Below are positions 41,235-53,899 of a stretch of 64,000 bases of DNA, piece after piece. Position 1 is the stretch's first letter, and each line of letters begins with the position of its first letter. Under the pieces are notes generated by a model, which did no database searches, had not been told where the DNA came from, and saw only the letters and a program-made list of their open reading frames with translations. The stretch spans positions 1-64,000 of the forward strand of contig JAQGDQ010001077.1 of assembly GCA_030141605.1 (NCBI GenBank), read 5' to 3'. The translations under genes were made by a program, and so were the position numbers. This DNA is from Tubiluchus corallicola. Lineage: Eukaryota > Animalia > Priapulida.

Positions 41235-43785
41235 TTAAAATTAAGACGACGACGATGATGATCATATCAGTCATTTAATAAATTATAATTGCATTCTGCA
41301 TCAGATGAGGCAGCGTATCTGTTTTGCGAATGTCTGTCACAGAAAGGGTGAATCTGGCGAAGTAGCTGATCTTTATTCTAACAGGACATACAGGCGTGTC
41401 CGCTGCTTGATAATACTAAATGAGCTGAATTCGCATTTCAATGCACCCGCTTGGACGTGCAGCAATTAACTCATGTTAATCTACTGCCGATCGATTGGTG
41501 ACGTAACTGACTGATGATGTGCATGAATTAATAATTATTTAAGACTGTCAGCGTCCTTACGGGTGTTGCTCCTCATTTGATTTGAAAACCGTCTGCATCG
41601 ACTGGTTACATGTGATGCAACTATGGCTGCAGTTGCACCTACACCGGGGCACATTAAAAGAGGCGTCATGCTTACAACAATAACGGCTAATTAATTGAAG
41701 GATATAAATACATGCATACTTACATATATTAGCGAGATCTTGTAACTCTGTCATCACCACACGCCCGTCACGTCTATTGTGGACATTGGGCAGGCAGAAC
41801 TCTAAAATAAAAGAAATCTGCCTTCAGACAGGTAAACGCAGCAGTAATCCAGCAAAAAAAACTAGACACTGCTACGCCAGTGGCTTGTCAGCACCACTTC
41901 CGTTCATTGTAACTCTAGCTGTTATTTCTGTGTTGGACTCGTAGGGGAAATCTGTTTTTGTGGCGGCCACATGCGTGAACGTTGTATGTATAATGAGTGT
42001 AATTGTGCAGGTGATGGCACACTGTGCGTGTTTACTCCTGCTGATGTAGCTCGAGTAATTTACACCTGCTGATTTGGGAATTATCCGGGCCAAATAAGCG
42101 TTATTAAACACATGTTGCGTTTCCTGAAGCCAGAGCGAGGTGTGCAAGTGACGAATGAGATGCAGGCTTCCAGCGGCTGGCAGGTTGTATTAATTTTGCT
42201 CACCGCAGGTTCCATTTTGATTTTCCACGCTCGAGGTTTTGGTTTTGACTTGAGCAATTTAATTTTGAACTTGTCTGTCTACTCGTATGTTTGTAGCTGT
42301 TTACGTTTCGTCTGTTCACCCATGTGATGTATTATTCATTCATTCATCGGTCTGTGAATTCGTTGGTTCGTTTGCTCGTCGACTCAGTCATTCATTCTCT
42401 CGTCATTTATTCATTCTGTCTGCCATAGTAAAAACCTTACTTTATCCTGTCCTGTTTCAGTTTACGAAGCTCTGTTGCTGCAGATGAATTTTATTGCAGC
42501 ACCTATATACGTTCTCCATGCCCTGCAGATTACCATACAGCGTGGTAACGTAGTTTGAGATTTCTCGTTTTTCTGAACATTGTTTGCCTGGGGACATCGG
42601 CACCTGTCTGCAAAGTTCCTTAAAGCATGTTCAGCCCATGTCAAGTGGTCAATTGATGCTCAGCCCATGTCAAGTGGTCATCTGAACTGTTATGGAGCAA
42701 ACCATTTGACGTTTCTAGCGTTTTACATTTTTTACCAGTCACAAGGTACATGCATGGGTGGTTGACATGGTCGCTGAATTACTTTTTGCCATGTGTTCAT
42801 TTTAATGTGTTTGCCATAAATAAATCATTCAAGAACTCAATCTAATTTTATTGAGGGTTGCCGATCACGAACTGATGGCTATGGATTATGAGGGACTTAA
42901 AATTGTTCATTTTCATACTGACCATCTGGTGGTCAGATTAGCTCATCAGGTCATCATCATTGCGCTTGATAGTAAAGGTACAGGTCAGTTCACTGAAAAT
43001 TTCACTGAAACTAAACGAATATAAATTGTTACAGTTTTTCACATCATCAGCTGTGGTCACTTATAAAATTACCAGATTTTGTACTATTTGTGATAAACCA
43101 GAGACTGATAGGCTTACTGGACGGGTCGAAGTCAATGCCAGTGTGGTCATGGGTTTTTCGTTAGCCCTTTAACTTAAAACGACTCATTGCTAGTTGTTTT
43201 ATCAGCCATGATGCTCTTGCCCTTTCATTTTGCTGCAGTTGAAGGTGAGTTAGATCTGTGCCTTGCGTGACTGTGTGTTATACAAGCGTGTTTTCATCGG
43301 CACCCAGCTGGCATTAGTTGTAATTGCCTAATACATCATCAGCCCGAGAAACTAATTACAAATTACGCAGTGTCGTTGATTTCCGCTTTTAATAATTAAT
43401 TTATTTGTATGATATTAGCGATTCCGTGCATGGCGCAATATTAATGTTCTTAACGTCGCGAACATTGCAATACATTATCCCGGAATTATATGGCTCTCTA
43501 TTATATAGATGTATAGTAGTCCGCCTGCAATTTAATGAACGGTTGCTTCAGTAATTGTAATCTACTGGTACCATTGTTTGTTGATAAATTAATATTGGCT
43601 GTTACATCATACTAAGGGTGAAATTTTCATATCATTGAAGGCAGGTTGTCCGACTTATTATCCCTTTATTACTTGTGGTTTTATGAATGCAGTGATTTGA
43701 AAATAAGTCTGTAGGTTCAAAATTCGTTTATTCCACATGACGAAATCAATGTTACAGTATCAAATAAGGTTCGTACTCAAAGAAA

Positions 43786-44483
43786 GAACAGAGGTAAACG
43801 TAGTCCAATAGTAAGGTTCATGCTCAAAGAAAGTTACAATAACGTACTGTGTCACAAGTGCTTCTGAAGCATGGCTTGATGGGAGACTTGAAAAGTGGAA
43901 CAGAGGTAAACGTAGTCTAATAGTAAGGTTCATGCTCCAAGAAAGTTACAATAACGTACTGTGTCACAAGTGCTTCTGAAGCATGACTTGATGGGAGACT
44001 TGAAAAGTGGAACAGAGGTAAACGTAGTCCAATAGTAAGGTTCATGCTCAAAGAAAGTAACAATAACGTACTGTGTCACAAGTGCTTCTGAAGCATGACT
44101 TGATGGGAGACTTGAAAAGTGGAACAGAGGTAAACGTAGTCTAATAGTAAGGTTCATGCTCAAAGAAAGTTACAATAACGTACTGTGTCACAAGTGCTTC
44201 TGAAGCATGGCTTGATGGGAGACTTGAAAAGTGGAACAGAGGTAAACGTAGTCTAATAGTAAGGTTCATGCTCAAAGAAAGTTACAATAACGTACTGTGT
44301 CACAAGTGCTTCTGAAGCATGTCTTGACGGGAAACTTGAAAGGTGGAACAGAGGTAAACGTAGTCTAATAGTAAGGTTCATGCTCAAAGAAAGTTACAAT
44401 AACGTACTGTGTCACAAGTGCTTCTGAAGCATGACTTGACAGAGACTTGAAAGGTGGAACAGAGGTAAACGTAGTCCAATAGT
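43786..44483. repeat. 112-bp minisatellite, about 6 copies (unrelated to 25322-26759)
   Basis: GAACAGAGGTAAACGTAGTC at 43786, 43898, 44010 and onward. Confidence 0.97.
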
Positions 44484-44895
44484 TGTGGTTGATATGTACA
44501 GGATAATGAAAAAAAGAGAAAAAAATTTAGGAGATGTGATTTTATTCCAATATTCTTTGCGATCTTTTTATTAGATTAATAGTCCCCAGTTTAAATATTC
44601 ATATTATAATTGACTTCTAAAAGTAAGCGCTTATTCCATGATCTAAACAATAATACATTTGGTCTTGCTTAGTTTGAAGATACACGTAGTTTACTTATTT
44701 TGAACCACACTAAGATCTTGTTTAGGATATTGTTTACTGTAATGATGTCGTTAGCGAGATCTGTCTCATTGAAAAATAAACTTGTATCATCAGAAAAACT
44801 GGAATGTGTCTACATTATCTGTAGCATTGTTAATGTTTTTTTATGTAGATTAGGAAAAGTAGCAGGCCTAATACTGATGCTTGTGGAACTTATTA
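44484..44895 (-). mobile_element. CR1/L2-group LINE reverse transcriptase remnant
   Basis: The minus strand reads VPQASVLGLLLFLIYI (44889-44842; compare GVPQGSVLGPLLFLIYINDL), FSDDTSLF (44783-44794; compare FADDT), VNNILNKILVWFK and SKTKCII, with frameshifts. Confidence 0.82.
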
Positions 44896-45050
44896 AATGT
44901 GTAAAAAATTAGTAAAATCCATGTCTATGCAGGAGGCTTTTAATTGCAGGCACGAAATTAATTAATTAGCCTAGCTTTATATATTTGATAATAGAATTAT
45001 TAAATTTTGGTTGTTATAAGATATTAGAGGTAAGTATGATATTATTATGG

Positions 45051-45152
45051 AATAATAATAATAATAGTAATGATAATGATAATGACAATGACAATGACAA
45101 TGACAATGACAATGACAATGACGATGACATTAACAATAACAATAATAACAAT
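45051..45152. repeat. (AAT)n/(GACAAT)n microsatellite
   Basis: Directly visible. Confidence 0.92.
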
Positions 45153-45937
45153 GTGCCGCCAACTAAGTTTACAGAACTATAAATTGCCTATTTGGTCGAA
45201 AGTACGGGTGTTCGGGGATCTGGACGGGGAACAGGGTTCCAGACGCTAATTGAGTTCCAGGTCGGGATTTTTCGGGGTTCGAAATCAAGTTGTTCAGTTC
45301 CGCGAACCATGCATATAATTATCAGTAAACGGGGACAAGAAAACGACATCAAAATTTCACACTTTCAGCTCCAGCTCATAATTATATGTGTCTAGCATCC
45401 GGGACGAAAAAGTGTTGTTTAGACCTATGAGCAGATTTCACTCACACACATTGTCATCGTGCCAGCTAGAAATGCATTGATTGCCTTGTATGTCAGGGAA
45501 CGATAAAACAGTAATGATGGTGCGAACCCACTAGGGTCGTGCCATCATTGATAATAATCTTTCACGACATTACGATTATAATAATTAATTGGAATGCAGT
45601 TGTTTGCTGTCCGTCTCGTAGTGTATTCCCTCATTTTCTTGTGATGTTTGCGTTAGTCAAAATTTGCTCTGAGCCTGCACACTTCACTATGCTAAGTAAA
45701 CATAAGGTGAATTTCTTTGCTGTGAACTTAAAATAATTGTTAGAGCGAATGATTATGCATATACTGACTAAGACGCATTAACTGCTCCGGCGAATTTTAG
45801 ATAGCAAGGATGCTATCGACAATGAGACAGGAATCATACAAAGCATTTTTCGCAAGACGGTCTCATTTTTCTATATATTTTCGTAAATTGTTCCAATATT
45901 ATTGGCATCACCAGAATAAATCACCACCAGAATAAGT

Positions 45938-46600
45938 TATATATATATATACATAATAATCTTTATTTGTCATTAAAATACATTGATAGTCACTGATAAA
46001 AACTTTACAGAGATGATCAATCAGTGTTAGTTAATAAAAACTTACACTGCTAAAGGCAAATGCGTCAGTGCAATCTAAACTACTGTGCAGTAATGGAAAG
46101 TAACGACGAATAAAATCAAACATATTTACAACTACGACTAACTTGTGGCTCATTTTTCCGTTATGCTTTGACGACCTGATGTAAACGTTGTTTTTCAAGT
46201 ATTGTGTACAGTACTTTTAATCTTCGGGGTGGGAGATTGGGGTCGGGACGGGACGAGAGATTGGGGAACGGTGTGTGTGTGTGTGTGTGGGGGGGGGGGG
46301 TCGTGACTAAATGTTCGAGAACGACTTTCGGGATGTGAGAAAGGCTCAGCACTCAGCTGTGCTACTTTCTTTTTTACATCTTTTGTATGTCTCAGTCGTG
46401 GAATTGAATTCATGGCCTTCTGCATGAAAAGTAAGTACGCTGCTTCTGAGCTTTTCTAAGGTGTTGTCTTATAAACTGCTTCTAAGTCATCATATTTCAA
46501 ATGTGTAATAGACAGTGATTTATTCATACCCTTAATTATATGCCTGGAAGATCGACCAATACTTTAAATGTAGTATTGTCTAATATATAGGGAAATAAAA
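45938..46600 (-). mobile_element. Diverged LINE 3' remnant related to the 5030-5670 family
   Basis: Shares GCACAGTAGTTTAGATTGCACTGACGCATTTGCCTTTAGCAG (46088-46048) and an ATGACAAATAAAGATTATTAT(TA)n tail with the 5.5-kb and 62-kb copies. The upstream extent is uncertain. Confidence 0.6.
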
Positions 46601-47910
46601 AATGCCGCAGCTAAAACAATTGCAAGTTTCAGTGTCGAACCCAGCAACCATTCTTCCAGTAGAATCCACTGGACTACGTCAAACAAAGAAACTAACTAAA
46701 GTCAAAATAGCGTTTCAAAGGTTATGTAGATAGATAGATTGATATTTTATTTCTGAAAATCAAATTTCCAACACGAAAATTACAAACTCGACGCACACTC
46801 GATGGTTTTATCAGCGGGCAGAGCTCGGGTAATGATTTCCAGATCATACTAACAATTTGACTCAACATAGCTGCACAAAGGTATACACACAGATATACAA
46901 ATTTAGTTGTAAGCTCCATGAAGCGAAAAAAACTATTAACTAAGCATTTGTACACATGTGATAAACAAATATTTTACCTATATGATAATCACAGTGATGC
47001 GGTTATATGTTCGCTAGCAAAGCTACACTATTTAATTCAAAAATCTATGCATACATAAATGAAATTTCCAATTGACATTAATTCTCCGTCAAACAAATTT
47101 GCAATATTACTATAATTTAACGCGTACAGTGATCTATAAAGTGCATTTTCATGGCACTCGCACAAAAAATGCTCTTCTGTCTGGATTTCTCCACAAACAC
47201 ATAGCTTATATTTGATTGGTTCATTTTGCTTGATTTACAAATTACAACATTTTGCATGTTTGCCAGGGTTGATTGATATAGACTTATTAGAGTATAGCAA
47301 ATTATAGATAATCCCGTGTGATTGTTGCACACCATTGCGCTATTAGGCGCCCTCAAGTGATTTGATATTATCTAGTAGATCTTTAATAAATTACATGACC
47401 GAGCGGAAGTCGATAATTAATGCTGGGCAGCTTGGACTCGGGTCCCATCTGTTATGCCTCACCCCCTCTGGCCATGCAGATTGCAGTTAACGATGTCATT
47501 CACTTTATTTAGCTAAAATGAAAAACGATGCACAGAGAGTCACAGACGCAACGCGTTGCAATTGCGAATTTCATTTGCTAAGTACAATGCGGGACATTTA
47601 ATCTCATTTCCATACATTTCGGCTCATTCTTTTGTGAAAATTTGCTAGAGCTTGATGCGAATATGTTGCGCCTGGGTGCACAGCTTTATTGTTGTCATTA
47701 TGAATACTTAAAATGTGTGTTTTTGCCATTTTTCTGCATATAACAGGGCGTGCCGAGCGCAAATTGATGGTGCAATCCGTTAAAGTTGACACGTCGCAAG
47801 TAAAAAATACATTTCTTTATAAGTTACAGATATCAGAAAACGAAGTTATATTAAGTCCGGTATGTTAAAATTATAAGTTCTTGATAGCATATAATAAGAA
47901 AATAAATATA

Positions 47911-47998
47911 CTACGGCCATTTTACGTTGAAAACACCGGTTCTCGTCTGATCACCGAAGTTTAAGCAACGTAGAGCCTGGTTAGTACTTGGATGGGTG
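47911..47998 (+). pseudogene. 5S rRNA-derived head, truncated within box C
   Basis: CTACGGCCATTTTACGTTGAAAACACCGG...TACTTGGATGGGTG; the last ~30 nt of 5S are absent. Confidence 0.88.
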
Positions 47999-48435
47999 GC
48001 TAGATGCCCACACTGTATCTCGATACTAGACGGAGGAGCTGTACAAGCAGCCAACGGCTAGAGGGCGGAGGATGTCAAGTAACCCAACGGCCACGTGTAG
48101 AGGAGTAAACCTTCCAAATCAGGAGTGGAGCCCTGAAGGGGGACCAGTCCAGCATGCTCACTGACTCCGGCAGCTCCTGCAGCCAACCTGGTGCCAAACA
48201 TATCGCTTAGTTTCCTTTGGACTACACCAGGGAGGAAGAGAGGGGGTTCGTGTTGTCTGGACAACTCAGGATCTCATACACCTTGCCCAGGTGTCCGCTC
48301 TGGAGAGGCCACTCCAGTAGTTCAAGGATCGCACTGCTCAGCCACAGTCGACGCTGCAGCTCCATCAATGTGATCAATAACTGACTGTCTTGGCGCACAC
48401 TCCATTGTCCTCCGAGACAGAAGGATGTCAACAAC
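47911..48435 (+). mobile_element. Composite SINE copy 2: 3'-truncated 5S head + bipartite RTE-type body
   Basis: 5S-like at 47911-47998. Body is homologous to 733-1157. TCA AGG ATC GCA... from 48322 encodes SRIALLSHSRRCSS (RTE ORF2 end). (CAA)n tail. Candidate TSD AATAAGAAAA at 47893-47902 and 48436-48445. Confidence 0.88.
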
Positions 48436-48474
48436 AATAAGAAAAGAAGAGTTATTACTTTGCAGTAGTCTAAC

Positions 48475-48610
48475 CTAAAGCAAAGAGTTAAGGCTCTCGG
48501 GAAGTTCAGCTTATTTAACATTCAAAAAAATTGAAATTATGATAAGCGTCTCGTGTAAATAATAAAATCAATTTAACGTCTCGGTCACGTCAAGCTTTGA
48601 CGCGCTTATT
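48475..48610 (+). mobile_element. Kolobok-like family A, diverged left-end fragment
   Basis: GGGAAGTTCAGCTTATTT and ATAAGCGTCTCGTGTAAATAATAAAATCA match the left ends of the 9663, 12042 and 55101 copies. Confidence 0.55.
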
Positions 48611-49003
48611 TTGAGCGAAAGATTGTTTTATCTGGTTACGACGATGTAAACGCTTATAATGCCAGGTGCTTCAGCGAACTTCTTTTGCAATCACAATTAC
48701 TATTATCAACTACAACAAACAATTCCAAACGTTAAGCGTGTGATTATTAATAGTATTTTATTGTTTTTTGATGAATCCCTTTGCCATTTATGCAATGCAA
48801 ACTAGTTATCTCCAACTCGGCGGCTTGTTGACGCCGACAAAAAGGAAGAAAATAATTATTCCAGCTAAAACTGAACTCTAAAAGCTAAGTTGACCACCCA
48901 GCACCTTCTCTGCGCTTGCAGCCTCGCAGAATTGCTTCATTTCCATGCTGTAATATTGTTGTGCAGCACTTCTGAGGTGTAATCCGACGTAAGATGTTTA
49001 AAG

Positions 49004-49149
49004 TTATTGCACGTTGATTCGATGACTAATTTTTACATAAACGATTTAGTCACTTATTGCACGTTGATTCGATGACTAATTTTTACATAAACGATTTAGT
49101 CACTTATTGCACGTTGATTCGATGACTAATTTTTTACATAAACGATTTA
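49004..49149. repeat. 50-bp tandem repeat, 3 copies
   Basis: TTATTGCACGTTG at 49004, 49054 and 49104; the unit contains TGACTAA...TTAGTCA inverted arms. Confidence 0.95.
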
Positions 49150-49409
49150 CTCGGCTAAGAATAGCGTAATTTCTGAGTCTCCACCAGCTACGTCATTTTT
49201 TTCAAACATGCCCGCGGCGAGGTTCGTTTGGCAGGATATGCGAATGATTTAAATTTCTTTAACATTTGTAGGCAAGGCATTTATGCGTGTACAATATGTG
49301 TAATTTCTATATTTATAAGTATGCATTAAAGTACGATGAATGTTGTTCGGGGGTTGGTTTTTCTTGTAAATTTAATCTGTTGATTTTGTTGGATTTTATG
49401 TATACATAT

Positions 49410-49485
49410 ACACACACGCACGCACACACACACTTGCACGCACGCACGCACACCATACACACACATACGCACGCACGCACGCACG
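49410..49485. repeat. (CA)n/(CACG)n microsatellite
   Basis: Directly visible. Confidence 0.9.
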
Positions 49486-49635
49486 TACTTGAATGTTGTT
49501 GAATGTTTGTTTTGCGGGTATATATAAACATTTACTGTAGATTGCATTAACATAAAGCATGAACTATCAAAATGTCAATAAAGTCAAATCGGTCAACTAT
49601 TAAACAAACCCCGGTCGTTTTGCTCTGATACCGTA

Positions 49636-49907
49636 CAAAATGCTTAGTTATTTGCGTGCAAGACACCCAAATGCATCTAAAGCGTATGTCAAAATGCTTA
49701 GTTATTTGCGTGCAAGACACCCAAATGCATCTAAAGCGTATGTCAAAATGCTTAGTTATTTGCGTGCAAGACACCCAAATGCATCTAAAGCGTATGTCAA
49801 AATGCTTAGTTATTTGCGTGCAAGACACCCAAATGCATCTAAAGCGTATGTCAAAATGCTTAGTTATTTGCGTGCAAGACACCCAAGTGCATCTAAAGCG
49901 TGTGTCA
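49636..49907. repeat. 54-bp minisatellite, 5 nearly identical copies
   Basis: 18-aa periodicity in three overlapping ORFs. Confidence 0.97.
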
Positions 49908-52259
49908 GCTGCCTCATTACAGTTTCTTAGTAGCCCTGCCGTGGGCCGTTTTCAGAGAAAGTTGTGTCCCCTGCTACTCGTGGTGAGTTATTGAGTACAA
50001 CGTTGTTTTGGTTTATTATTGTTATCGATTTCTTGCTTCTGGAGTACCCACCCATTCGCCTAGCGCCTTGGCTATTTAGGTGGCCTGAGCCATGAAATTG
50101 TTGCATTTGTTCGCCTTTCCATCATTAACTACAGATTTGGCGAGATTGCCCGGGAAAGCTGCTTTTATCCTTGCATTGATTGCTGCGGTATATCCTCCAA
50201 ATTATCTTCCACTTGTAAGTGTATGATTTATGGTCTATTTTATGCATATTCGTCGCACATCATCAATTGGGAACGACTTGAGCGTCTGCAGTTTGCGGAG
50301 GAGACGTTCTGTTGTGGCCAAACGTGCCAGGGAAATAATCTTCACTTTTGAAAGACGCTTGTATAGCGCAGAAACTTTCCGAGTGGCAGGCACATTCATG
50401 GAAGCCAGAAACATACCAGTACTATATTATGCAGATATGACTGTTGTTTAGGATTAGGGCTTTCATTACGCAAGAATTTCATGATCTTTCTGAAATGCCT
50501 CTTGTATTTTGATATGCCTGTGATTGCATTAATTGTAGAGTAAGTAGTGTCGTTTTGAATCGGAGATGGGAACGCCCTCGTTTGCTTTTCGCTGATTAGG
50601 CTACAGCTCGTTTCATTTGCATTCTGGTAGGCATTCAATGTCAATCGGAGGTCGTCGCGGTTAGTATATGTGTACGAGACTAATTAATGTCCCGAGATTG
50701 GGTCTTAAATTATTTCTTACCATGTTGAATAACACGACAAAGCGCAGCAAGATAACATAGCAAGACAATGCTGTTTGAGATCTGTTTGTATCAGTGACGT
50801 AGAAGTTGCGATGCATAGTGAGCCCGAAAAGGGCAAAAAACGGGAAAATAATCAGTCACGTGACTTATGATGACCTCTGACTTCTGACCCAGACCCAGCC
50901 TGAGCCGTTCACGTGCCTTGAAAAATGCCTGGATGAAAATGTAATGATGATCTCCATAAAATTCATTAGTACTTACGTATAATATCCAGTTTGAATTCTG
51001 CGCAGAAGTTTGAATTCTTTAGCAGGAAGTCATACAGGAAAACCGGACGATTGTTATACTAAATCATATTTTAATTTACTGTCCAAAATATACATTTTCT
51101 TACCTATAAAGGTTAACAATTGTTTCTAATGTTTGAATAATTACCCTGAATAATTACTAACGGCAGCCGAACACAGCTATTGCTTACGTCAAAAACTAAC
51201 CACAGTTTGTGCAATGGCAGGCATCTTCCGTTGCGTGTCAAGCACATTTGTATAAGTGTTACAGTACTGCTTCAACGCACGATGTCACGAAAATGGGCTC
51301 TACGTCATATGACGTCAGAAACTAACACTGCTGTTCATGATCATGGTTATCACGCTACCGCCTTCTATTTGTTGGCAACGCGCATCTGACAAAAAGGTGC
51401 CGCTGCCAATCTTAGTAGATTCTCTGAGCCGCGCATAGATTTGAAAGTTTAACAAAATTGGAGTATCCGAGGTAATTACTATTTAATCCAAGCTTTGATT
51501 TAAAAAGAGCTATTGTAGTTTTCTATATTTTAAAGCATTCTTTATTCTGAACTAATCTTTGCACAAGCGTCCGGTCTTTCTTTAAAATTAATTAAGAATT
51601 AATTTAAATCTTTTTCAAACCGTTTGTGCTTTGCCTTTTGAACCTTTCGTTATATATTACCTTTCTCATTAAATTCGAACAAATCCATTTCCGCATTAGT
51701 CACATTTCATGGCACATATTTTTCAATCAATATTAGAGATCGCATGTGTAACTTGCAAAGTGGTTAAATCCAATTTGTATGTAATCGTGGAAACATAATT
51801 CACTGGCGCATGCAGGTAGGGCGAGAAGTAGGTGGTTTGGATGGGGGTGAAATTTGCGTTGGAAGATTTTTTTTGAAGAATTTATTTCATTTTTGATTTG
51901 TTGTTTGGGAATCTGTATCAGGCCGACTTTGCTTTCGCTTTGCAAATTGTGTACGGTGTTACTACTTCCCAGAAAATCATCGTGGATAATTAAATGGCTG
52001 AATTACACCTGTATCAGATGCTGGGATAGCGATGGTTGATTCGCACTTTTTACATGTTTCAGTAAGCCGATTGTACTTATTGTAAAACTGTAAACTGTGA
52101 AGGTATGCGTGTCACTATGGCCCTTGGAGATGACAGCTTGACAGCTTGATGTGCACATTTTCATGTAGTAAATCGAAAATAATTGCCGCGATTCAGTTCT
52201 TGTGCTCACATATTTGACTTTGTGAAACCCATTGTGATGAAGCCCTTTATCCTGGTTTT

Positions 52260-53899
52260 TTATCTTCTTGTCAAGGTGAAACACTGTCAGAATAATTGTG
52301 CTTCATTTGAGTTTCTGAAGCCCATTCAGATGAAACCCTTTATTTGAACCAAGTTCATAACTGTATATCGCTTTGTCTTGTCCGCTTGTCAGTCAGAATA
52401 ATTATGCTCCAGTGAAGTTCTGAAACCCGTGATGAAACCCTGTATTTGAACCCAGTTCATAACTGTTTATTGCTTTGTTTCTTGTCCTCTTGTCAGTCAG
52501 AGTAATTATGCTCCAGTGAAGTTCTGAAACCCGTGATGAAACCCTTTATTTGAACCCAGTTCATAACTGTATATCGCTTTGTCTTGTCCTCTTGTCAGTC
52601 AGAGTAATTATGCTCCAGTGAAGTTCTGAAACCCGTGATGAAACCCTTTATTTGAACCCAGTTCATAAGTGTTTATAGCTTTGTCTTGTCCTCGTGTCAG
52701 TCAGAATAATTATGCTCCAGTGGAGTTCTGAAACCCGAGATGAAACCCTTTATTTGAACCCAGTTCATAACTGTATATCGCTTTGTCTTGTCCTCTTGTC
52801 AGTCAGAGTAATTATGCTCCAGTGAAGTTCTGAAACCCGTGATGAAACCCTTTATTTGAACCCAGTTCATAAGTGTTTATAGCTTTGTCTTGTCCTCGTG
52901 TCAGTCAGAATAATTATGCTCCAGTGGAGTTCTGAAACCCGTGATGAAACCCTTTATTTGAACCCAGTTCATAACTGTATATCGCTTTGTCTTGTCCTCT
53001 TGTCAGTCAGAGTAATTATGCTCCAGTGAAGTTCTGAAACCCGTGATGAAACCCTTTATTTGAACCCAGTTCATAAGTGTTTATAGCTTTGTCTTGTCCT
53101 CGTGTCAGTCAGAATAATTATGCTCCAGTGGAGTTCTGAAACCCGTGATGAAACCCTTTATTTGAACCCAGTTCATAACTGTATATCGCTTTGTCTTGTC
53201 CTCGTGTCAGTCAGAATAATTATGCTCCAGTGAAGTTCTGAAACCCGTGATGAAACCCTTTATTTGAACCCAGTTCATAACTGTATATCGCTTTGTCTTG
53301 TCCTCTTGTCAGTCAGAGTAATTATGCTCCAGTGAAGTTCTGAAACCCGTGATGAAACCCTTTATTTGAACCCAGTTCATAAGTGTTTATAGCTTTGTCT
53401 TGTCCTCGTGTCAGTCAGAATAATTATGCTCCAGTGGAGTTCTGAAACCCGTGATGAAACCCTTTATTTGAACCCAGTTCATAACTGTATATCGCTTTGT
53501 CTTGTCCTCTTGTCAGTCAGAGTAATTATGCTCCAGTGAAGTTCTGAAACCCGTGATGAAACCCTTTATTTGAACCCAGTTCATAAGTGTTTATAGCTTT
53601 GTCTTGTCCTCGTGTCAGTCAGAATAATTATGCTCCAGTGGAGTTCTGAAACCCGTGATGAAACCCTTTATTTGAACCCAGTTCATAACTGTATATCGCT
53701 TTGTCTTGTCCTCGTGTCAGTCAGAATAATTATGCTCCAGTGAAGTTCTGAAACCCGTGATGAAACCCTTTATTTGAACCCAGTTCATAATTGTTTAACG
53801 CTTTGTCTTCTTATCCTCTTGTCAAGGTGAAACATTGCCAGAATAATTGTGTTTCATTTGAGTTTCTTAAACCCATTGAGATGAAGCCCTTTATTTGAA
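52260..53899. repeat. 102-bp minisatellite, about 14 copies with a 204-bp dimeric pattern, bracketed by diverged ancestral-type units
   Basis: GTCAGA at 52598 and 52700 gives the period; flanking direct repeats at 52260-52348 and 53811-53899. Confidence 0.97.

Noticed and set aside
42461-42544. Possible 84-nt exon after a strong acceptor (YEALLLQMNFIAAPIYVLHALQITIQR)
   Set aside because: The donor GTG|GTAACG is weak, the peptide is unrecognisable and no partner exons are visible; it would need RNA-seq junction support.
42885-42955. Hammerhead-like CTGATGAG...hairpin...GAAA on the minus strand
   Set aside because: The stem II base is irregular, stems I and III are only about 3 bp and do not place a valid NUH site, and it is a single copy.
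45190-45420. GC-richer patch with CGGGA motifs, possibly a MITE fragment (similar patches near 11200, 12820, 26790 and 50820)
   Set aside because: No paired termini, TSD or second copy identifiable in the window.
49956-49988. Possible 27-nt exon CAG|AGAAAG...CTCGTG|GTGAGT
   Set aside because: The pyrimidine tract is very short; compatible with chance.
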